Part shown: in pieces, positions 11,046 through 18,900 of the stretch
How the letters are laid out: every line of letters starts with the position of its first letter
Numbering within the stretch: position 1 is the stretch's first letter
Assembly: GCA_014360755.1 (NCBI GenBank)
Contig: JACIWX010000003.1
Span: 283,678-347,677, forward strand
Source of the DNA: Chloroflexota bacterium
GTDB taxonomy: Bacteria; Chloroflexota; Anaerolineae; UBA2200
Direction: 5' to 3'
DNA: 64,000 nt
Program-made: the position numbers and the translations under genes
Notes under the pieces: model-generated
Told to the model about the DNA's origin: nothing
Databases searched by the model: none
Seen by the model: the letters and a program-made list of their open reading frames with translations, nothing else

Positions 11046-11699
11046 TCAATCAAAGACCACCACTTCTTTCCCGGCTAGTTTTTCCACAATCTTGGCTGCG
11101 ATGAGTTCCATGTGCGAGTTATACTTGACAAAATCCAGGTTGTCCGAGGGAACGGTGAGCACTGGGCATAGCGAGAAGCGTTCAATCCACTGTTCGTAGA
11201 GCTGATTCAATTGTTCCAAATATTCGGGGGAGACATCCCGCTCGAAGTCACGTCCGCGCATGCGGATGCGCTGTATCAAGGTGGGAACGGAAGCGCGCAG
11301 GTAGACTACCAGGTCCGGTGGAGGCAAGAACAGCGTCATTGCTTCATACAGTTCGCGGTAGGTGCGATAGTCCCGCTCGGTCATGTGTCCCTGGCGGTAC
11401 AGGTTTTCGGCAAAGATCTCGGCGTCCTCATACACACTGCGGTCCTGTACCACGGTACCTGGTCGGTCTAGGATTTGGCGATGGTGGCGCAAGCGGCGCG
11501 AGAGGAAGAAAATCTGGGAGTGGAAACTCCATTGGCGCATGTCCTTGTAGAAATCAGCCAGATAAGGGTTGTCATCTACGGCTTCATAGAAAGCCTCCCA
11601 GCCTAACCTCTCGCTCAACAGCGCCGTAAGCGTTGACTTGCCTACCCCGATGTTTCCCGCAATAGCGATAAATTTCTTCATCTGGCTCTCCTCACTCAT
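11046..11699 (-). CDS. deoxynucleoside kinase (dCK/dGK family)
   Basis: P-loop IAIAGNIGVGKST, and the EAVDDNPYL, FQ.QIFFL and ERS motifs of Gram-positive deoxyadenosine/deoxyguanosine kinases. Confidence 0.8.
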   Translation of the reverse strand: MSEESQMKKFIAIAGNIGVGKSTLTALLSERLGWEAFYEAVDDNPYLADFYKDMRQWSFHSQIFFLSRRLRHHRQILDRPGTVVQDRSVYEDAEIFAENLYRQGHMTERDYRTYRELYEAMTLFLPPPDLVVYLRASVPTLIQRIRMRGRDFERDVSPEYLEQLNQLYEQWIERFSLCPVLTVPSDNLDFVKYNSHMELIAAKIVEKLAGKEVVVFD

Positions 11700-12721
11700 G
11701 CTTTGGGTGGATTACACCCTTCTTGAATTTTGGCCAGATAGGCTTCTTCCAAACTGATGCCCAGGTCATTGGCGAGGCGAAGCAGGCAAGCCAAAGAACC
11801 CACTAAGCGCTCTTTCAGCACAGCGATGCGTTCCTGCAAAGCACGGGCTTGCGCTTCCTCACGGTTACCAACCTGCTCCAACCATTTCTCCTGGGCAATC
11901 CAGACTTGACCCAATTCGTTGGCGATATTGCCCACTTCTGCCTGTAAAGCGATGAAATCACGGTATAGATCGCCCTTGGTTCCAGCCTCTAGATCCGTCG
12001 TGCGGTGCCAGTATTGCAAGTCGCTCAGACGGCGCCGCCGGCCTTCGAGAATGGCTCTACCTCGTTCTTGTGCTGGCGTCTCTATCTCCAGCAATGGGCG
12101 TTGGTGGGTGCCCGCACCCAACGCTGATTTAATGCGCTCTAACACATAGAATAGGTCTTCTTCGTTGCGCACGATATTGAGATTGTTCGTGTCAATGGTC
12201 AGCACAGGCGTTTGAGTATAAGAGGCGAAGAATGATTCATACGCCTGCATCACATCGGCGAGGTACTCACTGGACATGGCACGTTCGTAGGTGCGATCAC
12301 GTATCGCAATGCGTTCCAGCAAAACATCCAGATTGGCGCGCAAATAGACCACTAGGTCAGGCAAGGGGATTTTTTCTGCCAGCACGCCGTGGAGCGTTTC
12401 ATAGACCGCCAGTTCGTCGCCAGAGAGGTTCAAGCGGGCAAAGAGCTGGTCTTTGGCAAAGGTGTAATCGCTGACCAAAGAGGAGCGCTGCAGCACCTTG
12501 GCAATCACATCGTGTTGCTGGCGATAACGGCTGAGCAAGAAGAAAATCTGCGTCTGAAAGGCGTACTTCTCGCGGTCGGTATAGAATTTGCTGAGGAAGG
12601 GGTTTTCCTCAAAGACCTCCAAGAGCAGTTCGGCGTCCAATTGTTTGTGGATGAGCCGTGCTAAGGTTGTTTTCCCTACGCCGATGGGGCCTTCGATGGC
12701 GACATAATATCTCTCGGGCAC
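11696..12721 (-). CDS. deoxynucleoside kinase fused to a C-terminal MazG-like all-alpha NTP pyrophosphohydrolase domain
   Basis: The N-terminal ~210 aa are paralogous to the adjacent kinase (IAIEGPIGVGKTT, FQTQIFFL). The C-terminal ~130 aa (FIALQAEVGNIANELGQVW...LVGSLACLLRLANDLGISLEEAYLAKI) resemble the MazG/dCTPase helical fold. It overlaps the downstream kinase by 4 nt. Confidence 0.65.
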   Translation of the reverse strand: MPERYYVAIEGPIGVGKTTLARLIHKQLDAELLLEVFEENPFLSKFYTDREKYAFQTQIFFLLSRYRQQHDVIAKVLQRSSLVSDYTFAKDQLFARLNLSGDELAVYETLHGVLAEKIPLPDLVVYLRANLDVLLERIAIRDRTYERAMSSEYLADVMQAYESFFASYTQTPVLTIDTNNLNIVRNEEDLFYVLERIKSALGAGTHQRPLLEIETPAQERGRAILEGRRRRLSDLQYWHRTTDLEAGTKGDLYRDFIALQAEVGNIANELGQVWIAQEKWLEQVGNREEAQARALQERIAVLKERLVGSLACLLRLANDLGISLEEAYLAKIQEGCNPPKA

Positions 12722-12863
12722 AGTTACCTCCTATTTTCCAGGCGCGAGCAGTGGGGTGATGCGCTCTTTGTGCACCCTCTAGCACTTCTTCAATGCATAG
12801 GATAGTACACCCTAGGGCAAATGTCAAAAACACCCATGGCGTGAAGTATGAAGATGGTATCAA

Positions 12864-12891
12864 TTGACAGGCGGGGGTTGAAGTGTATAAT
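12864..12891 (+). promoter_or_regulatory. sigma70-type promoter (TTGACA-N16-TATAAT) for the SCP2 gene
   Basis: Perfect -35 TTGACA at 12864-12869 and perfect -10 TATAAT at 12886-12891 with a 16-bp spacer, about 45 nt upstream of the ATG at 12936. Confidence 0.55.
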
Positions 12892-12935
12892 GAGCCTTGC
12901 AGCGGCGCATTTCAAATCTTGCAAAGGAGGGGCAA

Positions 12936-13343
12936 ATGTACAAGTTCGGTTCGGAGGAGTGGGTCAAAGCACTGCAGGAGGCGATCAATGCTAGCGAAGC
13001 CTATGCAGAAGCAGCCAAAACCTGGGAGGGCGATTTCTACTTCATCGTTGAACCAGGCGGGCCGATTGAGAAAGAAATGGTGATGTACATGGACCTGTGG
13101 CACGGCAAGTGTCGCGAGGCAGCCGTATATGAAGACCGCGCGGCAAAGACACCTGCTTTCGTTATTAGCGCCCCGCTTAGCGTATGGCGCAGGGTGATTG
13201 AGAAGAATTTGGATCCCATCCAAGGCATGATGACGCGCCAAATGAAGATCCAAGGTGACATGGTCAAAATCATGAAAGCGGTCAAAGCAGCCAAAGAATT
13301 GGTGGAGTGCACAACCAAGGTTCCGACCGAATTCCCCGAATAG
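12936..13343 (+). CDS. SCP2 sterol-carrier-like domain protein
   Basis: [34 protein letters not shown]... is typical of the SCP-2 family. ATG at 12936 is preceded by AAAGGAGGGG. The ORF-track start at 12897 is probably upstream of the true start. Confidence 0.6.
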   Translation: MYKFGSEEWVKALQEAINASEAYAEAAKTWEGDFYFIVEPGGPIEKEMVMYMDLWHGKCREAAVYEDRAAKTPAFVISAPLSVWRRVIEKNLDPIQGMMTRQMKIQGDMVKIMKAVKAAKELVECTTKVPTEFPE

Positions 13344-13445
13344 CATCAGGCTCTTCAGCCGCTTATCATCCAACAGGACAAGAGAATTCAAGGGATACAG
13401 CATCCTGTTTCCCCTATCATAGCGTTTTATGGGAGGGAAGGCAAC

Positions 13446-14609
13446 GTGTGGTACTTTAACAGCCCATTGATTGTTTTTGGCGAGGAAGCACTGTGCGAGT
13501 TATCGCGCATTGAGGGCAAAAGGGCTTTTATCGTTACCGATGCCAACATTGCCCGGCTGGGATATGTGGAGATGGTCGGACAACAGTTACGCACAGCGGG
13601 ATTGGAGTATCAGGTCTTTGCTGAGGTAGAACCCGATCCTTCGTTGCAGACCGTACGCAGAGGCGCAGAACTCATGCGCCAATACGGGCCAGACTGGATC
13701 ATCGGCTTGGGAGGAGGCTCCTGCATGGATGCAGCCAAAGCGATGTGGGTGCTCTATGAACATCCTGAGGTAGCACCCGAGGGCATCAACCCGGTCGAAC
13801 CGCTCAAGTTGCGGCAAAAGGCGCGCTTGATTACCATTCCCACCACTAGCGGCACTGGCGCCGAGGTCACCTGGGCGATTGTGCTGACGGATACGCAGGA
13901 GCAACGCAAACTGTCACTGGGCTCGCGTGAGAACATGGCGGATATCGCAATCGTTGACCCCGTGTTTGTTGCTGCGCTACCGCCACAGATTACCGCGGAT
14001 ACCGGGATGGATGCCTTGACACACGCTGTGGAGGGGTATACTACTGCCTGGCACAATGACTTTTGCGATGGGCTATGCCTGATGGCTACCAAGTTGATTT
14101 TTCACTATCTGCCGCGCGCAGTAGCCGATGGCAAGGATAAGGAAGCGCGCGAGAAGATGCACAATGCTGCATGCATTGCTGGCCTGGGCTTTGGCAATGC
14201 CCTAGCGGCGATGGCTCATGCGATGGGCCATTCCCTTGGGGCGGTGTTTCACATGCCCCATGGCCGCGCGGTGGGGCTGGTCCTGCCTTACACCATCGAG
14301 TTCACCGGCGAGTTGATGGCGGAACGCTATGCGGACATTGCTCGTTTCGTCGGCTTCTCGGTTGCTTCGCCCCAAGAGGGTGCCCGTTTGTTAGCCAACG
14401 AAATCCGTAACCTGGCTAAGAGCATCAAGCAGCCACTTTCGCTCCAAGAGGCAGGCATTGCCGCGCAAGCATTCGAAGCGGCTTTGCCCAAACTGGTTGA
14501 GAACGCCGAAAGCGATGCCACCTTAGTGGCTAGCGCGCGCATTCCCGATAGCGCAGAATTGCAACGACTGTACCGCTACACGTTTGCAGGCAAGCCCATT
14601 GATTTTTGA
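13446..14609 (+). CDS. iron-containing (group III) alcohol dehydrogenase
   Basis: GGGSCMDAAK Fe-ADH motif, conserved His cluster (HAMAHSLG...HG) and 387 aa length. GTG start. Confidence 0.8.
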   Translation: MWYFNSPLIVFGEEALCELSRIEGKRAFIVTDANIARLGYVEMVGQQLRTAGLEYQVFAEVEPDPSLQTVRRGAELMRQYGPDWIIGLGGGSCMDAAKAMWVLYEHPEVAPEGINPVEPLKLRQKARLITIPTTSGTGAEVTWAIVLTDTQEQRKLSLGSRENMADIAIVDPVFVAALPPQITADTGMDALTHAVEGYTTAWHNDFCDGLCLMATKLIFHYLPRAVADGKDKEAREKMHNAACIAGLGFGNALAAMAHAMGHSLGAVFHMPHGRAVGLVLPYTIEFTGELMAERYADIARFVGFSVASPQEGARLLANEIRNLAKSIKQPLSLQEAGIAAQAFEAALPKLVENAESDATLVASARIPDSAELQRLYRYTFAGKPIDF

Positions 14610-14695
14610 GGCAAACTGGCCCAACTAGGGTGCACGCTGTAGTGGAAATTGTGGAATTTTACGCTGCAGACTGACCATTTGTCGAGGAGGACAAC

Positions 14696-16528
14696 ATGAA
14701 CGGTTTCATGGGCAAGCTGCTCGTTGTGGACCTGACCAACGGTCAAATTTCTACTCTACCTCTGGATGAAGGATATGCGCGGCAATTTGTTGGAGGTGCG
14801 GGCTTAGCGTGCCGCTACTTGTATGAGCGCGTTGACCGACGCACAGATCCCCTTGGGCCCGAGAACCCGCTGATGTTCATGACCGGGCCTCTTGTCGGAA
14901 CGGAGGCTCCTCTGTGTGGGCGCTATGTGGTCTGCGCCCGTTCTCCGCTGACTGGCTTATGGGGTGAATCGAACTCTGGGGGCCGCTTTGGCCCTTACCT
15001 GCGCTTTGCCGGCTATGATGGCATATTGGTCACCGGCAAGGCTCCTTACCCCGTGTACCTTTCCATCTGGAACGGCCAGGCTGAACTCAAGGATGCCCGA
15101 AGCCTCTGGGGCAAGGACACCTATGAAACGCAAGTCGCCATTCGTGATGAATTACAGCGTGCTCAGCTCAGCATTGCCTGCATTGGCCCTGCCGGTGAGA
15201 ATTTGGTGAAATATGCCGCTGTGATGAATGACTGGGGGCGCGCGGCTGGACGCACCGGCATGGGGGCAGTCATGGGTTCCAAAAACCTCAAAGCGATTGC
15301 CGTTGGCGGCGATTTCCGGGTGCCTCTGGCAGATGAAGCCAGATTTAAAGCCGCAGCCCAGGCAGCAAGCGAGGAGATTAAAGCAGATGTCAAGGCGCAA
15401 TTCCTTGCTGCAGGTGGCACAGCCTCCACGATTGACACGACCATGTGGATTGGAGACGTCCCCAGCAAGTACTTCACCGAGGCATTGTGGGAACCAGTAG
15501 CCCATCTCAGTGGGGCGACGATGGCTGAAACCATCCTGGTGGGCAAAAGGGCGTGCTATCGCTGCGTAATTGGCTGCGGCAGAGTGACATCGGTAACTGG
15601 CAAATATGCCAAGGAAAAGATTGACGGCCCAGAATACGAGACAGTGGTTGCTCTTGGCTCATTGATCCTCAGCGATGATCTGCCAGCGGTTGCTTATGCG
15701 AACCATTTGTGCAATGCCTATGGATTGGATACCATCAGCGCTGGTGTGACGATAGCCTTCGCCTATTATCTGTACGACCGGGGCATCCTCACTACGAGCG
15801 ATACAAACGGCCTGGAGTTAAAGTGGGGCGATATCGAAGCGGCCTTGACGCTGTTGGAGCAGATTGCCCAGCGGAAAGGCTTTGGAGCAGTGTTGGCAGA
15901 GGGATCGCGCTACTTGGGTCGTAAGTACGGTGTCGAGGATTGGGCAGTACAGGTCAATGGGCTGGAAGTGCCGATGCACGAACCGCGCGCTTTTACAGGC
16001 ATGGCTTTGGTCTATGCTACTTCTCCCCGTGGTGCTTGCCACACTCAAGGGGACATGTTCTTAGTTGACCTAGGAGCACCGGTGCCAGAACTGGATATCC
16101 AGATTGGCAACCGCTTGGAAAGCTCGGAAGAAAAAGCATTGATGACTGCGCGGGTTATGAATTGGCGCACCCTGTATGGCTCGCTGGTCATGTGCGTTTT
16201 TGGCAACCCACAGGCAAGCAATATCCTCGCTATGCTCAATGGTGTCACTGGCTGGGACTTGCAGTTAGAAGACCTCTTGCTCCTTGGTGAGCGTGCCTTT
16301 AACCTCAAGCGCCTGTTCAATGGCAAATTGGGGTTAACGGCGGAGAACGATCGCCTGCCTAAACTGTTGTTACAGCCGCTGCCCAGCGATGTCGTGGAGA
16401 CACAGGTGCCTGATATGGGCGTGCTGTTGCCAGCCTACTATCGTGTACGCGGTTGGGACTCGCAAACGGGGATGCCGACCCATGCGAAACTGCAGGAGTT
16501 AGGTTTAGAAGACCTGGCTTTTTCTTAG
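14696..16528 (+). CDS. aor: aldehyde:ferredoxin oxidoreductase (tungsten/pterin AOR family)
   Basis: MNGFMGKLLVVDLTNGQIST... is an AOR N-domain. The 610-aa length and conserved Cys ligands (CYRCVIGC) support the call. Confidence 0.85.
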   Translation: MNGFMGKLLVVDLTNGQISTLPLDEGYARQFVGGAGLACRYLYERVDRRTDPLGPENPLMFMTGPLVGTEAPLCGRYVVCARSPLTGLWGESNSGGRFGPYLRFAGYDGILVTGKAPYPVYLSIWNGQAELKDARSLWGKDTYETQVAIRDELQRAQLSIACIGPAGENLVKYAAVMNDWGRAAGRTGMGAVMGSKNLKAIAVGGDFRVPLADEARFKAAAQAASEEIKADVKAQFLAAGGTASTIDTTMWIGDVPSKYFTEALWEPVAHLSGATMAETILVGKRACYRCVIGCGRVTSVTGKYAKEKIDGPEYETVVALGSLILSDDLPAVAYANHLCNAYGLDTISAGVTIAFAYYLYDRGILTTSDTNGLELKWGDIEAALTLLEQIAQRKGFGAVLAEGSRYLGRKYGVEDWAVQVNGLEVPMHEPRAFTGMALVYATSPRGACHTQGDMFLVDLGAPVPELDIQIGNRLESSEEKALMTARVMNWRTLYGSLVMCVFGNPQASNILAMLNGVTGWDLQLEDLLLLGERAFNLKRLFNGKLGLTAENDRLPKLLLQPLPSDVVETQVPDMGVLLPAYYRVRGWDSQTGMPTHAKLQELGLEDLAFS

Positions 16529-16537
16529 CGCTATTAT

Positions 16538-16760
16538 GAGAGTGTGGAAAATCTTGTTACCCTGAGTGAAGCGAAGAGCCTGCCCTGAGTGCAACGAAGG
16601 GGTCTCGCGTAACTTTCGTATTTTCCCGAGTACTGCGAGATGCTTCGCTTTCCCTTCGCTTTCCCTTCGCTTTCCCTTCGCTTCGCTCAGGGCAAGGCTC
16701 AAGGCAAGGCTCAGGGCGAAGGTTCAGCATGACATTGGAAGGGCTTTTTTCAACACCTTC
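16538..16760 (-). mobile_element. MITE-like element, copy 1 (reverse orientation relative to copies 2 and 3) with internal microsatellite expansion
   Basis: Bounded by 14-bp terminal inverted repeats GAGAGTGTGGAAAA ... TTTTCAACACCTTC and flanked by direct repeats CTATTAT(G) at 16531-16537 and 16761-16767. About 85% identical to the reverse complement of copies 2 and 3. Internal tandem repeats: CTTTCCCTTCG x3 at 16648-16680 and CAAGGCTCA x~3. Confidence 0.7.
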
Positions 16761-16771
16761 CTATTATGCCA

Positions 16772-16809
16772 TTGTGCTTTTTGTGAAGCACAAGACGGTG
16801 GGCTATAAT
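16772..16809 (+). promoter_or_regulatory. putative promoter with overlapping operator-like inverted repeat upstream of the CDF transporter gene
   Basis: Inverted repeat TTGTGCTT-N6-AAGCACAA at 16772-16793 overlaps a -35-like TTGTGA. -10 TATAAT lies at 16804-16809 with a 17-bp spacer. A second short IR GGCTA/TAGCC brackets the -10. Confidence 0.4.
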
Positions 16810-16838
16810 TGTAGCCATTCTAAAATACAGATACGCGA

Positions 16839-18233
16839 ATGGAAAATTTTAGCGCAGTTCGTTTCGTGTTGATCTATACGATGTTTTTGAACCTGGTGGC
16901 GACAACCGCCAAGATTGCAGTTGGCTATGCGACTGGTTCCTTGAGCATCATTGCAGATGGCTTTGATTCCCTGTTCGATTCGGTCAGCAATGTCATGGGG
17001 TTGATTGCCATTTACCTGGCGCGCCGGCCTCCTGACGCCGATCACCCGTATGGGCATCGCCGCTACGAGATCCTGATGACGCTTGCCGTATCAGTGCTCC
17101 TCTTTTTCACCTGCTTTCAGATCCTAACCAGCGCTTATCAGCGTTTGCTACACCGCATTGTGCCAGAGATCAATGTATGGAGCTTTGCTGCGTTATTGAT
17201 CAGCGTCGCTGTCCACTTGTACGTTACTTTCTACGAAGAGCGACGAGGCAAGCAACTGCGCAGCGAGTTTCTTATAGCGGATGCATTGCACACCCGGGCG
17301 GACATTTTTGTCTCCCTGAGTGTCCTAGGTGGGTTGATTCTGGTGCGGATAGGCTATCCCATCATAGACACTCTACTGGCTGTAGCCATTGCCGTCATGA
17401 TTGCGAAACTCGGCCTGGACATTATCCGCAGCAGCACCCGCATCCTGACGGATGCCATAGCCGTTGATGTCGATCAAGTGGCGCAGATTGTGCAACAAGT
17501 GCCGGGAGTTGAGAGTTACCACCACATCCGCAGTCGCGGCCAGGAAGATGACATCCACCTCGATTTGCATATCCGTGTAGCGCCCAATATGCCTCTGGCG
17601 CAAGCGCATGAAGTAGCCCATCAAGTACAACGCAAGCTCCAACAAACAATTCCCGGAGTACGAGATGTGATCATCCATGTCGAACCGCAATCTCGCCTCA
17701 GTTCGTCGCCCGCGCGTGACTTGTTGGCAAGCGTGAATGAAGTGGCTAACAGGTTAGGTGTAGTGATCCACCATCTCAGTGCCCATGAGGTCAATGGACA
17801 TTATTCGGTGGATTTGCACCTAGAAGTGTCGGATGAGTTGACATTAGGCCAGGCTCATGCGCAAGCCAGTTTGCTAGAGGAAAGGATCAAGACGCAGATA
17901 CCAGAAATCAGTGAGATCAGCACGCATATCGAGCCTATGTCTGTGGCGCGCACAGGGTGCGATCAACTTCCTGAAGATTCCCTTATCGCGCAGCAAGTGC
18001 GGGAAATTGTGCAAGGTGTGCCACAGGTGCGCGATTGCCACGGGGTTACCGTGTACAGAGCGGAGGGCAAACTCTTCCTGAGCCTGCACTGTACCTTGGA
18101 TGAAAGCTTGCCCATTGCCCAAGCCCACGATATCGCAACCACGATTGAGGAGCGCCTGAAAAGGGAATGTTCGGATGTCGAAAGCGTTTCTGTACACGTG
18201 GAACCTCATGAGACAGAAACCCCATCTATCTGA
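16839..18233 (+). CDS. cation diffusion facilitator (CDF) family metal efflux transporter with triplicated cytoplasmic C-terminal domain
   Basis: N-terminal 6-TM CDF core (SLSIIADGFDS...HPYGHRRYE). It is followed by three tandem ~75-aa repeats, each ending in H(V/I)EP (…DVIIHVEP / …ISTHIEP / …VSVHVEP), resembling the metallochaperone-like CDF C-terminal domain. 464 aa versus about 300 aa for a typical CDF. Confidence 0.75.
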   Translation: MENFSAVRFVLIYTMFLNLVATTAKIAVGYATGSLSIIADGFDSLFDSVSNVMGLIAIYLARRPPDADHPYGHRRYEILMTLAVSVLLFFTCFQILTSAYQRLLHRIVPEINVWSFAALLISVAVHLYVTFYEERRGKQLRSEFLIADALHTRADIFVSLSVLGGLILVRIGYPIIDTLLAVAIAVMIAKLGLDIIRSSTRILTDAIAVDVDQVAQIVQQVPGVESYHHIRSRGQEDDIHLDLHIRVAPNMPLAQAHEVAHQVQRKLQQTIPGVRDVIIHVEPQSRLSSSPARDLLASVNEVANRLGVVIHHLSAHEVNGHYSVDLHLEVSDELTLGQAHAQASLLEERIKTQIPEISEISTHIEPMSVARTGCDQLPEDSLIAQQVREIVQGVPQVRDCHGVTVYRAEGKLFLSLHCTLDESLPIAQAHDIATTIEERLKRECSDVESVSVHVEPHETETPSI

Positions 18234-18251
18234 CCACAGGCTTCGCATGGA

Positions 18252-18893
18252 GTGAGAAGTCAGATGCGCCAATGGGTGGAAAAGCACCGCGAAGCAGTTG
18301 CTGTGGGCACGCTGATGAGCCTGCTCTCCTTAGGCGCCCTGGGCATGGTGTTCTTTTTCATCAAGAAGCCAGTGCCCGCGCCGATTGTGATTCACCCCAT
18401 CACGCCTCCTGCCGTGCAGACCCGCACACCGACAGCAACGCCTGGGCCTATTCAGGTCTATGTCTCTGGAGCCGTAGTTCATCCTGGTGTCTACGCTATT
18501 CCCTGGGACAGCCGTGTGCAACAAGCGATTCATGCCGCAGGAGGCGCCATGGCGGATGCTGATTTGGTGCGCGTGAACCTAGCGCAGCGCGTATATGACG
18601 AGCAGCAAATCTACATCCCTTACCAAGGCGAGGTGGCCACGCCGCTCCTGCCAACAGCCATTCCACGCGCCTCCGGCAGTGTGGCCTCTGCGCCAGGGCA
18701 AAAGGTCAACATCAATACCGCCAGCGCGGGCGAACTCGAGGCGCTGCCCGGTATCGGCTCTGCCCTGGCACAGCGCATCGTGGATTATCGCCAATCTGTT
18801 GGCCCCTTTCAGCGTCCTGAGGACATCAAAAAGGTGAAGGGGATCGGAGACGGCATCTTTGCACAAATCAAGGACTTGATCACGGTACAGTAA
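18252..18893 (+). CDS. comEA: ComEA-like helix-hairpin-helix DNA-binding competence protein
   Basis: N-terminal TM segment and SLBB-like region. C-terminal tandem HhH (VNINTASAGELEALPGIGSALAQRIVDYR...IKKVKGIG). Confidence 0.7.
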   Translation: MRSQMRQWVEKHREAVAVGTLMSLLSLGALGMVFFFIKKPVPAPIVIHPITPPAVQTRTPTATPGPIQVYVSGAVVHPGVYAIPWDSRVQQAIHAAGGAMADADLVRVNLAQRVYDEQQIYIPYQGEVATPLLPTAIPRASGSVASAPGQKVNINTASAGELEALPGIGSALAQRIVDYRQSVGPFQRPEDIKKVKGIGDGIFAQIKDLITVQ

Positions 18894-18900
18894 GCGCTGG

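Noticed and set aside
16505-16808. ORF-track calls 16505-16702(-) and 16566-16808(+), with repetitive FPFAFPFASL translations.
   Set aside because: They lie entirely within MITE copy 1 and translate its microsatellite. The same holds for 39052-39429 and 42682-42945 over copies 2 and 3.
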